From NCBI GenBank assembly GCA_965223845.1, contig CBDCXR010000004.1:5056001-5120000 (forward strand): 64,000 nt of DNA, in the 5' to 3' direction. The notes below the pieces were generated by a model, which was given only the letters and a program-made list of their open reading frames with translations, was not told where the DNA came from and did not search any database. Source of the DNA: Planctomycetota bacterium. GTDB taxonomy: Bacteria > Planctomycetota > UBA8108 > SXIK01. Of this stretch, positions 1 through 9,602 are shown one piece after another. Position 1 is the first letter of the stretch. Every line of letters begins with the position of its first letter. The position numbers were made by a program, and so were the translations under genes.

Positions 1-190
1 AGACCATTCCGGGCCCGCCGCCGTACGGCCGGTCGTCCACGCTGCGATGACGATCGCGAGCAAACTCACGAATGTCGGTGATACGCACGCGGACGAGCCC
101 GCGTTTAGCCGCGCGTTCGAGGATGCTCTCGCCGAGCACGCTCGAGAACATTCCCGGAAAAATCGTGAGGATGTCGACGGTGAGAGCCAC
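1..190 (-). CDS. trmD: tRNA (guanine-N1)-methyltransferase, 5' part only (runs off the window start)
   Basis: Not in the ORF track. Manual translation from GTG at 190 gives [63 protein letters not shown], with the TrmD signatures LTIFP and [12 protein letters not shown]. It follows rpsP, as in the conserved operon. Confidence 0.95.
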   Translation of the reverse strand, partial: MALTVDILTIFPGMFSSVLGESILERAAKRGLVRVRITDIREFARDRHRSVDDRPYGGGPGMV

Positions 191-501
191 GTCGGGCGTC
201 CTTCGTTCGGTGCGGCGGTACGTGAGCGACGTTCAACCGCGCGGCACGAACGGTCCTGCGCGGCCCCGCGAACTCACGCTCGCGGTCGCGCGTTCGAGGC
301 ACGGGAACAAGCGGCCGCGGAGCCGTCGGCGGCGCGCGATCGCTGAGGAGGAAATCTCAAAGAGCGACACCGCGCCGCTGAGGTTCCCGGCTGGGTAGCC
401 CGCGACGCGGCTTGCGGCGACCACTCGCCGCGCGCGACAGGAAAGCGCGGAGGAATTCGTATTCCGTGCCCGGTCGCGGAATTCTGTTTCGTTCGACGGC
501 G

Positions 502-897
502 CTATTCGGACGGCGCGGCGGCCGCCTTCTCTTTGGCCGCGCGGTTCTTTGCCGCCCGCTTCTTGTACGAATCGGTAGCGCGCCGCGCCGCACGTCGCTT
601 GAGAATGGACGGTGCTTTCTTGCGCCGCTTGGTGCGCGCCCCCGCTCCACCGGCTCCCGCGACGCGCTCGCGGCGAAGAAACGAGAGCACGGTATCCGAC
701 GGCTGAGCGCCGACCGAAAGCCAGTACTCTGCGCGCGCCTTGTCGAGGCGGACTCGGTCGCCCTTCGCAAACGGATCGTAAAACCCGATCCGCTCGAGGT
801 ACACGCCGTCACGCTGGCGCGACTTTTCGATCGCGCAAATTCGGTAAGCCGGGCGGTTCATCTTTCCCACCCGCATGAGGCGCAAGCTGACGGCCAT
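502..897 (-). CDS. rpsP: 30S ribosomal protein S16 with Lys/Arg/Ala-rich C-terminal extension
   Basis: MAVSLRLMRVGKMNRPAYRI..RDGVYLERIGFYDP..YWLSVGAQPSDTV is typical S16; lies between ffh and trmD. Confidence 0.97.
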   Translation of the reverse strand: MAVSLRLMRVGKMNRPAYRICAIEKSRQRDGVYLERIGFYDPFAKGDRVRLDKARAEYWLSVGAQPSDTVLSFLRRERVAGAGGAGARTKRRKKAPSILKRRAARRATDSYKKRAAKNRAAKEKAAAAPSE

Positions 898-984
898 GAA
901 CGCTCTCCTGTGCGTCGGCGAATCTTCGTGGAGTGTCTTCGGGTTCGTTCTCTTCGCCTCGGTTCCCGGCGCAGAGAATCGCCC

Positions 985-1012
985 ATTATGCCACAGCGGA
1001 GGGTCCGTTCAA
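985..1012 (-). promoter_or_regulatory. Putative sigma70 promoter for rpsP-trmD
   Basis: Minus strand TTGAAC-N16-CATAAT with an extended -10 TG (TGgCATAAT), about 90 bp upstream of the rpsP ATG. Confidence 0.5.
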
Positions 1013-1111
1013 GGAATTCCCTAACGGACGCAAGGTATTGCGTAACTTCGAGTTACGTCCGGAGCCGCGAGCCGAAGACGAGCTCGCCCGCGCGAAGCAC
1101 GCGAGACGGGA

Positions 1112-2674
1112 CTACCTCTTCTTCCTCCCCTTTCGCCTCGCCTGCCGCCGGTTCTTTCGATCCTGCTTTCGCTGGCGCAGCACGTCGTCGCGCGTCCGGC
1201 GCGCAACCGAACCCTTGGCGCCGGGGGCACGCTTCCCCTTTCCGGCGTTCTGTCCGTTCGCGTCAGCCCCGGGAGGCGGCCCCATTTCTCCCATCATCTG
1301 CTGCATCATCCCGCCGATGTCCCCCATCTGCTTCTTCGCCGCCCCTAGCTGGCGGATCTTGCCGAGCGGCCCCTTTCCGCCGCCTCGCCCGAGCCCGTCC
1401 ATCACCTTCTTCATCGCCGAGAACTGCTTGAGGAGATCGTCCACTTCGATCCGCTCGACTCCCGCTCCCTTCGCAATTCGGTCCCTCCGACTCGTGTTCA
1501 GGATCTCGGGGCGGTTCCGCTCCTTGACCGTCATCGATTGGATGACGGCTTCGACGCGGTTCACCTCCGAGTCGTCGAACTCGTCGAGTCCGTCCATCAT
1601 CTGACCCATGCCCGGGATGAGCTTCATCATCTCCTTCATGGAGCCCATCTTCTTGAGCGTTCCGAGCTGCGCGAGGAAGTCGTTCAAGGTGAACGTGTTC
1701 CCGAGGAGCTTCTCTTGCAGCTTGGCGGCTTCATCCTGGTCGATGTGCTCCTGCACTCGACTGACGAGCGAGACGACGTCGCCCATGCCGAGGATGCGCT
1801 CGGCCATTCCTTCCGGGCGGAACGGCTCGAGCGTCCCGTCGAGCTTCTCCCCGACACCGATGAACTTGATCGGTTTTCCCGTGACCGCCTTCACCGAGAG
1901 CGCTGCACCTCCGCGCGCATCACCGTCGAGCTTCGTGAGGATGACGCCGGTGAGCTCGAGCTGCTCGTTGAACTCGCGGGCGCTCTTGACCGCGTCCTGG
2001 CCGACCATCGCATCGCACACGAGGAAGACTTCGTGCGGATTCGTGCGCTTGGCGACATCGCGCACCTCCGCCATCATCTCCTCGTCGATGTGGAGACGAC
2101 CCGCGGTGTCGAGGATCACCGTGTCGCGGCCTTCGCGCTTGGCAAAGTCGATAGCGTTCCGGCAAATCTGCGGCGGCGGCGCGCCGGCCTCGGAGTAGAC
2201 CGGAAAACCGAGCTGTTTCCCGAGCGTCTTCAATTGCTCGATCGCCGCGGGACGCTGAACATCCGCCGCGACGAGGAGCGGCTTTCGCTTCTGCTTCTTG
2301 CTGAGGAGGAGCGACAGCTTTCCGCACGTCGTCGTCTTTCCGCTTCCCTGAAGGCCCGCCATGAGAATGACGGTCGGTCCCTTCTCGGCGAATTGGATGG
2401 ACGAATCCACCGGGCCCATCAGCTCGACCAACTCTTCGTGGACGATCTTGATGAACTGATGTCCCGGATTGACGCCCTTGAGGACTTCCTCACCGAGAGC
2501 CTTCGCCTCGACGCGCGTCAGGAACGGCTTCAGCACCTCGAACGAGACGTCCGCTTCGAGGAGCGCGACGCGCACCTCCCGGAGCGTGTCCTTGACGTTC
2601 GACTCGGTGAGTCGCTTACGCGGGCCGATACGCTGGAAGATGTCGGTGAAGCGGCGGGAGATGTTCTCGAACAT
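1112..2674 (-). CDS. ffh: Signal recognition particle protein Ffh (SRP54)
   Basis: ALLEADV, GLQGSGKTTT, DTAGR, TKLDGDARGG, RILGMGD and a Met-rich M domain with SMT..ER..P...SRRDRIAKGAG. Confidence 0.98.
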   Translation of the reverse strand: MFENISRRFTDIFQRIGPRKRLTESNVKDTLREVRVALLEADVSFEVLKPFLTRVEAKALGEEVLKGVNPGHQFIKIVHEELVELMGPVDSSIQFAEKGPTVILMAGLQGSGKTTTCGKLSLLLSKKQKRKPLLVAADVQRPAAIEQLKTLGKQLGFPVYSEAGAPPPQICRNAIDFAKREGRDTVILDTAGRLHIDEEMMAEVRDVAKRTNPHEVFLVCDAMVGQDAVKSAREFNEQLELTGVILTKLDGDARGGAALSVKAVTGKPIKFIGVGEKLDGTLEPFRPEGMAERILGMGDVVSLVSRVQEHIDQDEAAKLQEKLLGNTFTLNDFLAQLGTLKKMGSMKEMMKLIPGMGQMMDGLDEFDDSEVNRVEAVIQSMTVKERNRPEILNTSRRDRIAKGAGVERIEVDDLLKQFSAMKKVMDGLGRGGGKGPLGKIRQLGAAKKQMGDIGGMMQQMMGEMGPPPGADANGQNAGKGKRAPGAKGSVARRTRDDVLRQRKQDRKNRRQARRKGRKKR

Positions 2675-2939
2675 GACGGCTGAGACTCGTCGCGCTTCAG
2701 AGCGCGCTGGGCGATTCGGTGGTCTAGATCACGAGCTCCGCTCGCCGGGCGAACCCTTCGCTCGACTGCGGACGGAGCGGGCGGCCGATCGGCCTCGTGT
2801 TCGCGGTGCGCGCGGAGGCAAACGCCCCTCGACCGGGCGGCGGCAGCGAGCCGTTAGCATAGCACCCGCTCCTCCGGCACAAAAGAGAGGGCCGTGCAGG
2901 GCGGCGAACGAAGGCGGGCGCGAGGATGTCGCGGCCCCT

Positions 2940-4976
2940 TCACCCGCTCGCGGACGTCCGACGGCCGAACACGAACAGCGTGACGAGCACGACCGCGGCG
3001 TGGAGAACCAGAACGAGGAACGGATTCCAGCCGTATCCAGCGAGGATGTAGCAGGGGATGGTCACCGCGGCCACGAGGAGCGCGTAGGGAAGCTGTGTCC
3101 GCACGTGATCGATGTGATCGGCCCCCGCGGCCATCGAGCTGAGAACGGTGGTATCGGAAATCGGCGAGCAGTGATCGCCGAACACCGCGCCGCCGAGAAT
3201 CGCGATCACGGACGCCTGACAGATGCGCAGAATCTCCGACTCGTCCATTCCCGCCCCCGCGGCCAGCTGACCCGCGAGCGGTAGGAGCACCGGAATCAGA
3301 ATCCCCATGGCGCCGTACGACGTTCCGGTCGCGAACGCGACGAGACCCGCAGTCGCGAATGCGATCACGGGAACGAGCGCGGGAGAGAGTGATCCACTGG
3401 TCAGCTCGAGAATGTAGTCGCCGGCCTGAAGCTCCTTCGAAACCGCGCTCACCGACCATGCGAGGAGCAGGATCACCGCGGCGAGAACGAGGGACCGGAC
3501 TCCTCCGATCCACGCCTCGACGATCCGGCCGACCTTCCACCGAAGGCCGAGCGCGAAGAGCGCGGCGACGATCGACGCACCGAACGAGGCCCAGAGAAGT
3601 GCGCGAAACGAATCGGCGTTCGCGATGATCTCGCGGAGAGACGGCTCGTCTACGCCGCCGCCGACCGCAGCCTCGTACCCGGTCGTGTAGAGCCCGATCG
3701 CGGTGAAGACGACGACACTCAACACCGGAACGACCGCGGTCGCCCAGTGACTCGCGGGCGCCTCGGCGACGGCGAGATCGTCGACCGCAAGCGGCTGCGC
3801 ACCGTCGCGAAGGACCGCACCGGTCGCTTGCGCGCGCTCCTCGGCACGGCGCATCGGGCCGAAGTCGCGACCCGTTATCGCCGACGCGAATACGAAGAGG
3901 AGCATGAGGAAGCTGTAGAAGCTGAATGGAATCGCGAGAAGAAAGAACAAGTACGCCTCGGTTCCGGGAAGCCCGGCGTTCGGGAGATCCTCGCGGATGA
4001 GGCCGAGCTGGTACGCCGTCCACGTCGAGATCACCCCGATCGTCGCGATCGGCGCCGCCGTCGCATCGATGAGAAACGACAACTTCTCGCGGCTGATGCG
4101 CAGCCGATCGGTCAGCGGCCGGACAGTGTTTCCGACGATGAGGCAGTTGGCGTAGTCATCGAAGAAGACGAAGGTTCCGAGGAGAGCCGTCGTCGTTTGG
4201 CCGGCGCGCGAAGTCCGAACGCGATTCGAGATCGACTCGACGAGCCCCCGCACCCCGCCGGTCGCACGGATGACTCCGACCATCCCCGCGAGCGAGAGAC
4301 TGAATACGAGAATCGAAGCGTGTCCCTCGTCGGTGAGCGCCGGAAGCACGTAGGTGTCGATCGAGCGAAGAAACGAGGTGATCGGGTTCCACCCGTGCGT
4401 GAGCATCGCTCCGATCCAGACGCCGCAAAAGAGCGACGGCACCACCTGACGCGTCAGGAACGCACAGAGGATCGCAACGAGCGGAGGAAGCAGGACAAAC
4501 CACCTCGGGAACGTACGCCGATCCGTGCGCCCGCTGACGTCGCCCCGCGGCGAGCGGTAGATCGCGCTCACCCGACCGTCGACGATACGTGCATTCTCGA
4601 GCGTGAACGAGCCGCGGTCGAACGGTCCCGCCGCCGCGATCAGAGCGCCGTCCGCAGAGCGCGCGCCGTGGAGCTCGACAGAACCCGTGAACGCTTCGAG
4701 AACTGATCCGTCCGCGGCGAGCGCGTCGATGCGGATCGTGCGTTCCGCGCCCGCGAGAACCGGCGCGTCTCGAACGATCACCACGCGGAGCGAAGCGGGG
4801 TGGACGGCGGTAGGCTCTGCGGTGGGATCTTCGCGCGAGACCTCCGGCGCGCCGTCCGGTTCCTGCGCGGCGGCCCGACCGCCCGTCCCGGAAGCGAATG
4901 CGAACACGGAGACGAGCGACGCGACGACAGCGAGCGCGAGTCGACGAGAGGCCTTTCCGCGCTCGACGATCTTCAC
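2940..4976 (-). CDS. Na+/H+ antiporter NhaC-family transporter with an N-terminal extracytoplasmic domain
   Basis: Many TM segments; FFDDYAN, ISREKLSFLIDATAAP, FATGTSYG and GAVFGDHCSPISDTTVLSS..HIDHVRTQLPYA; signal peptide plus about 120 aa soluble N-terminus. Confidence 0.9.
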   Translation of the reverse strand: MKIVERGKASRRLALAVVASLVSVFAFASGTGGRAAAQEPDGAPEVSREDPTAEPTAVHPASLRVVIVRDAPVLAGAERTIRIDALAADGSVLEAFTGSVELHGARSADGALIAAAGPFDRGSFTLENARIVDGRVSAIYRSPRGDVSGRTDRRTFPRWFVLLPPLVAILCAFLTRQVVPSLFCGVWIGAMLTHGWNPITSFLRSIDTYVLPALTDEGHASILVFSLSLAGMVGVIRATGGVRGLVESISNRVRTSRAGQTTTALLGTFVFFDDYANCLIVGNTVRPLTDRLRISREKLSFLIDATAAPIATIGVISTWTAYQLGLIREDLPNAGLPGTEAYLFFLLAIPFSFYSFLMLLFVFASAITGRDFGPMRRAEERAQATGAVLRDGAQPLAVDDLAVAEAPASHWATAVVPVLSVVVFTAIGLYTTGYEAAVGGGVDEPSLREIIANADSFRALLWASFGASIVAALFALGLRWKVGRIVEAWIGGVRSLVLAAVILLLAWSVSAVSKELQAGDYILELTSGSLSPALVPVIAFATAGLVAFATGTSYGAMGILIPVLLPLAGQLAAGAGMDESEILRICQASVIAILGGAVFGDHCSPISDTTVLSSMAAGADHIDHVRTQLPYALLVAAVTIPCYILAGYGWNPFLVLVLHAAVVLVTLFVFGRRTSASG

Positions 4977-5092
4977 TCCCTCACCTCACCGAGGCCCGGA
5001 CTCGGACGCAACCTACATGCGACGTTCGCGCCGAACTTACCGGCCGAGCCCGGCCGCGTCAATCGACCTCATGAAAGCGCGCTCGCCGGCGT

Positions 5093-6184
5093 TCAGCGCA
5101 CGCGCCGCTCGCGGTTCTGCATGTAGTCCTTGAACACCATGCCCTCGAGATCGTCGAGGTCCGCGTAGAACGCTTGGCCGCGATTGAGTTCCGTGAGTCG
5201 ATCGATGAACTGCACGAGATAGGGATCGCTCGCAATCATGAACGTCGTGATCGGGATGCCGTAGCGCCGGCACTCGGCGGCCTCGTCGAGCGTCTTGTTC
5301 ACGATCTTTCGGTCGAGCCCGAACGGATTCAGGTAGAGCTCGCCGTCCTCGAAGAGCGCAGACGGCTTGCCGTCGGTGATCATGAAGATCTGCCGATTTG
5401 CGTGCTTCTTTCGCGCGAGGATCCGGCGCGCGAGCGCGAGGGCGGCGCAGGTATTCGTGTGATACGGGCCCACGCCGGCGTAGGTGAGATCTCGGAGTGA
5501 GACCTCCTGCGCCGTGTCCCCGAAGAGAATGACGTGAAGCGCGTCCTTCGGATAGCGCGTTCGAATGAACTCCGCGAGCGCGAGAGCGACCCGCTTCGCG
5601 GGCGTGATTCGATCCTCGCCGTAGAGGATCATGCTGTGACTGATGTCGAGGAGGAGGCAGGTCGCAACGGAGACGAATCGCTCCGTTTCGTACACCTCGA
5701 GATCATCCTCGGTGAGCCGAAGCCTCTCGCCGACTCCACGCCCCAGCGCGTTCTTGTACGAACGGACGAAGTCGATCTCGTCCGGGTCGTCCCCGAATCG
5801 ATACGGTCGCGTCTCCGTGAGCCTCTCGGTCCCGCGCCCGCCGTGCGGCGTTCGGTGGTCGCCCGCCGCGCCCGGCTTGAGACCCGAGAAGACTTGACGA
5901 AGCGACTCGGCGCGAACGAATCGCTCTCCGCGAGGAGTGAGAGAGAGTCCGCTCGGGCTCTCGGCGACCACTCGTCGATCGAGAAGCCATTTCTTGAAGT
6001 CGTCGAACGACAGCTCCTCGTCGAATAGTCCGTGACGCTCTCCGAGCATGCGGAGGATCTCGAGCGCGCGATCGACGTCGCCGTCCTCACGGACGAGGAG
6101 ATAACCGAACAGCTTGCGGAGCAGCTTCAATCGCTCGGCGACCGGCCCGCGAGAGCTACTCCAGTCGAGATATCGTATGCGCAT
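5093..6184 (-). CDS. VWA domain-containing protein (partner of the adjacent AAA ATPase)
   Basis: MIDAS motif DISHSM, plus HTNT and ITDGKP; ETRPYRFGD upstream segment; directly downstream of the ATPase. Confidence 0.88.
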   Translation of the reverse strand: MRIRYLDWSSSRGPVAERLKLLRKLFGYLLVREDGDVDRALEILRMLGERHGLFDEELSFDDFKKWLLDRRVVAESPSGLSLTPRGERFVRAESLRQVFSGLKPGAAGDHRTPHGGRGTERLTETRPYRFGDDPDEIDFVRSYKNALGRGVGERLRLTEDDLEVYETERFVSVATCLLLDISHSMILYGEDRITPAKRVALALAEFIRTRYPKDALHVILFGDTAQEVSLRDLTYAGVGPYHTNTCAALALARRILARKKHANRQIFMITDGKPSALFEDGELYLNPFGLDRKIVNKTLDEAAECRRYGIPITTFMIASDPYLVQFIDRLTELNRGQAFYADLDDLEGMVFKDYMQNRERRVR

Positions 6185-6256
6185 GGCTCGAGTGCGGGTG
6201 TGGGTGCGCGGTTTCGTGAGGATCGAGCGCCGTCTCGTTCTCCTTCTCCGGGCGCA

Positions 6257-7720
6257 TCACTGAAGTCCCTCCAGCATGATTCCCAGCATGTCAGAATAGG
6301 CGACTCCCGTCTCCGCTTCTTCCTTCGCGAGGAGCGAGTGCTGATGGAGCCCTTCGAGGACGAGTTCCATCGTCGTCGCGAGGACGAGAGGGTCGTCCGA
6401 CGGCAGGAACTCGCGCGCTAGATCGGCGAGGCCGGGGACGCTCTCGAGCGCGGCACGGTACGTTGTCGAGTCCATATCGTCGCTGAGCTCGAGCTGATTT
6501 GCCGAGAACCAGTCGAGGACGGGCTTGTACCGATCGCTCTTCGTATCGGGTTCGCTCCCCTCCTTGATGACGTCGGGAAAGTACCGGTCGAAGACGACGC
6601 GGCACGCTGTTCCGATGAGATGACGCGAGACCTTCGTCGCGCCCTCCTGCTCGCCTTCGTACACGAGCTCCACCTTGCCGGTGATCGCCGGCGCGAGCTG
6701 CGCGAGATCGACGAGTCGCGCGACCGCCGCCGCGCCGCCATCGCGAAACTGCCGCCGCTCGACTTGACTCACGAGTAGCTCACGCGCGGCGATCGGAAGC
6801 CTCGCGGACACTCCCGAAGACTGGTCGATGTACTCCGATTCGCGCCCGCGGGCCGCGATCTCTTCGACGACGTCCGCGAGAAAATCCGGGACGACAACCG
6901 CCGCCCCGCCGTCGCGATCGAGCCACGCTTCCGCCTCCGTAATCTGCCGCGCGTCGTCGATCGAGCGCGGATAGTGGGTGAGGATCTGCGAGGCGATTCG
7001 ATCCTTGAGCGGCGTGATGATGCTACCGCGATTCGTATAGTCCTCGGGATTCGCCGTGAACACCATGAGGACATCCGTCGGAATCCGCACCGGGAAGCCG
7101 CGAATCTGAAAGTCGCGCTCCTCGAGTAGATTGAGCAACCCGACCTGAATCCTCGGCGCGAGATCGGGCAGCTCGTTGATGACGAACACGCCGCGGTTCG
7201 TCCGCGGGATGATGCCGTAGTGGATCACTTCAGGATCGGAGAGGGCCAATCCCTCGTGCGCGGCCTTGAGAGGATCGACGTCGCCGATGAGATCCGCCAT
7301 GGTAACGTCGGGTGTCGCGAGTTTCTCCCCGTAGCGGGCTTCGCGCGGGATCCACTCGATCGGCAGATCGTCCCCGGCTTCTTCGACGAGCCGACGCGCG
7401 CGGCCGGTCACCGGCGCGAGCGGATGCTCGCGCAGCGGAGAGCCGGCGATCGCGGGAACTTCTGGCTCGAGAAAGTCGACGATCGCTCGGGCGATACGCG
7501 TCTTCGCCTGGCCGCGCAGGCCGAGCAGGAGAAGATCGTGCTGCGCGAGGAGCGCGTTCACGATCTGCGGAATCACCGAGTCATCGAAGCCGACGATGCC
7601 GGGAAAGAGTCGATCGCCGCGCGCGAGGCGCTCGCGAAGAGTTCGGCGGATCTCGAGCCGGACTCCGACGGGGGCCCAGCGATCGCGATCGAGCTCACCG
7701 AGAACGGTTGCTTGGGTCAT
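6257..7720 (-). CDS. Magnesium chelatase ChlI/MoxR-like AAA+ ATPase
   Basis: Walker A variant GLRGQAKT, YGEKLATPD, NELPDL, TANPEDYTNRG..LKDR, GVSARL. Start moved to ATG 7720 (MTQATV); the ORF-track extension overlaps the divergent ADH. Confidence 0.87.
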   Translation of the reverse strand: MTQATVLGELDRDRWAPVGVRLEIRRTLRERLARGDRLFPGIVGFDDSVIPQIVNALLAQHDLLLLGLRGQAKTRIARAIVDFLEPEVPAIAGSPLREHPLAPVTGRARRLVEEAGDDLPIEWIPREARYGEKLATPDVTMADLIGDVDPLKAAHEGLALSDPEVIHYGIIPRTNRGVFVINELPDLAPRIQVGLLNLLEERDFQIRGFPVRIPTDVLMVFTANPEDYTNRGSIITPLKDRIASQILTHYPRSIDDARQITEAEAWLDRDGGAAVVVPDFLADVVEEIAARGRESEYIDQSSGVSARLPIAARELLVSQVERRQFRDGGAAAVARLVDLAQLAPAITGKVELVYEGEQEGATKVSRHLIGTACRVVFDRYFPDVIKEGSEPDTKSDRYKPVLDWFSANQLELSDDMDSTTYRAALESVPGLADLAREFLPSDDPLVLATTMELVLEGLHQHSLLAKEEAETGVAYSDMLGIMLEGLQ

Positions 7721-7953
7721 GGGGTTCGACGGTTGCAGTGGAGGGGCAGGTCGATGGCGCGGCGCAAGAGGCCTCGGACGAACTCGATAAGCCTCGCGCC
7801 AGCAGAGCTGGATGATGCATCGCCAAGAGAACGAGGCATCATATCGTGCCCTGACCACCTGACCACCGGCGCCCGGGATTCGGTGCGAGAATTTCGGTTC
7901 GCCCTCGGTTGTCGCGTCCGCGTGGTCGACTCCGTCCGCCCCGCCACGAGAAC

Positions 7954-9054
7954 ATGAAAACGACCGGCGCTCTTCTCCGCACCGCGGGAGATCCATTCGA
8001 AATCGTCGAGCTCGACCTCGCCCCGCCGCGGCGCGGCGAAGTTCTCGTCCGCGTCGAGGCGGCGGGGGTCTGCCACAGCGACTGGCACGTCGCGACGGGT
8101 GCCACGCCTCACCCGATGCCGGTCGTCGCAGGTCACGAGGGTGCGGGAGTGGTCGAGTCGATCGGCGACGGAGTCACCCGAGTTCAACCGGGCGATCACG
8201 TCGCGCTCAACTGGGCGCCCCACTGCAGCTCGTGCTTTTATTGCGAGCGCGGACGCCCGAGCCTTTGCGCGACGTACGTCGGTCCGCTTTGGGCGGGGAC
8301 GATGCTCGACGGAACGACGCGTCTCTCGCTGGGCGGTTCACCCGTCTACCACTTCAGCGGGCTCGCGTGCTTCGCTCGACGCGCGGTCGTCCCCGACGTG
8401 TGCTGTGTCCCGATCGACGAGCGCGTTCCGTTTTCGATTGCTGCGCTCATCGGTTGCGCGGTGACGACAGGAATCGGTGCGGTGACGAACACGGTGCGCG
8501 TCGAAGCCGGTGCGAGCGTCGCCGTCTGGGGCGCTGGCGGCGTGGGGCTCGCGAGTATCTTGGCCGCGAAGCGCGCCGGCGCGGATCCGATCATCGCGAT
8601 CGACCGCACGGTCGCCCGCTGCGAGCTCGCGGAGGAGTTCGGTGCGACGCATTCGCGGCTCGACTCCACCGAAGCCGTCGACGAGATCCGCGCACTCACG
8701 TCTGGCCGCGGGGCGGACTACGTCTTCGAGGCCGTCGGGAGCCCCGAGCTGCAGACTCGGTGTCTCTTTGCCGCGCGACCGGGAGGAGTCGTCGTCCTCG
8801 TCGGCATCGCGCCCGTCGGATCGAGCACCGACCTTCCTGGAGCCGTCATCACGCGCGAGGAAAAGACCATCGTCGGTTCTTACTACGGCACCGCGAATAC
8901 CGAGCGCGACTTTCCGACGATCGCGACGGACTACCTGGAAGGGCGGCTCGAGCTCGATCGCCTCGTCTCGCGTACGTACGGCCTCCGCCAGATCAACGAG
9001 GCCTACGCGGACCTGCTCGGTGACGAGGGCGGACGCGGCGTCATCGTCCTCTGA
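7954..9054 (+). CDS. Zn-dependent alcohol dehydrogenase (class III-like MDR)
   Basis: GVCHSD, GHEGAG, structural Zn motif CSSCFYC..SLC, GCAVTTG, GAGGVG; ATG at 7954. Confidence 0.93.
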   Translation: MKTTGALLRTAGDPFEIVELDLAPPRRGEVLVRVEAAGVCHSDWHVATGATPHPMPVVAGHEGAGVVESIGDGVTRVQPGDHVALNWAPHCSSCFYCERGRPSLCATYVGPLWAGTMLDGTTRLSLGGSPVYHFSGLACFARRAVVPDVCCVPIDERVPFSIAALIGCAVTTGIGAVTNTVRVEAGASVAVWGAGGVGLASILAAKRAGADPIIAIDRTVARCELAEEFGATHSRLDSTEAVDEIRALTSGRGADYVFEAVGSPELQTRCLFAARPGGVVVLVGIAPVGSSTDLPGAVITREEKTIVGSYYGTANTERDFPTIATDYLEGRLELDRLVSRTYGLRQINEAYADLLGDEGGRGVIVL

Positions 9055-9602
9055 ACCCGAATCTGCGTTGGGTCCCCGCTGTCGTTCCTCCTTAGTAGTA
9101 GTTACCTAGGGTAGGAGCCGACGGCGGTCTCTGAATTCACTTGACACCCGTCTCCACCGCCCTGTGGATGGAGTTCGGGTGGGTGAATGCCGGCGGACCG
9201 AGCCGCTTCCAGCCGAGGCGGGCGCGCCGGCGACTCATCGCCAGGGATCGACGGTAGTTCACGCGAGACGCTCGAGTGGCGTTGACCGCGGACGACGACC
9301 GCGCGCCGGAGATTCGCGACGGGACGGTCGCATCGGCGCGCGCTGGGTTTCGAATCGAACGATCGAAGGACGGAGCTCGCGTGAGGGGCGAGCCGATCCG
9401 GCAGAATCCTGCCACGGGGGGGCCGACGGTCGATCGCCCGCTCGAGTCGCCGACCGGCGCCGAAATCTCGTCCGGGGAGAGCTCGGATGAGAGGAGTTTG
9501 GCGACGGGTCGACTCACGCGGCTGGTCCACCTCGCCACGAATACGAGGATCTCGACGGGCGTCCGCCGCGCGCCGGCGTCCGTTTTCATCACGGAGGTTC
9601 GT

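Noticed and set aside
191-501. SRP RNA (ffs) or a small KH/rimM gene near ffh-rpsP
   Set aside because: No SRP domain IV signature (CAGG..GGAA..AGCAG) and no protein-like ORF here or in 898-1111.
9135-9188. Long imperfect hairpin containing TTGACA upstream of the HzsA-like gene
   Set aside because: There is no -10 at proper spacing and no known RNA motif; it may simply terminate the ADH transcript.
9276-9602. N-terminal extensions in the ORF track (also 7721-7996, 27009-27503, 30111-30407, 35175-35381, 38880-39005)
   Set aside because: Downstream ATGs have an RBS and/or signal peptide and match family starts; the extensions are not protein-like.
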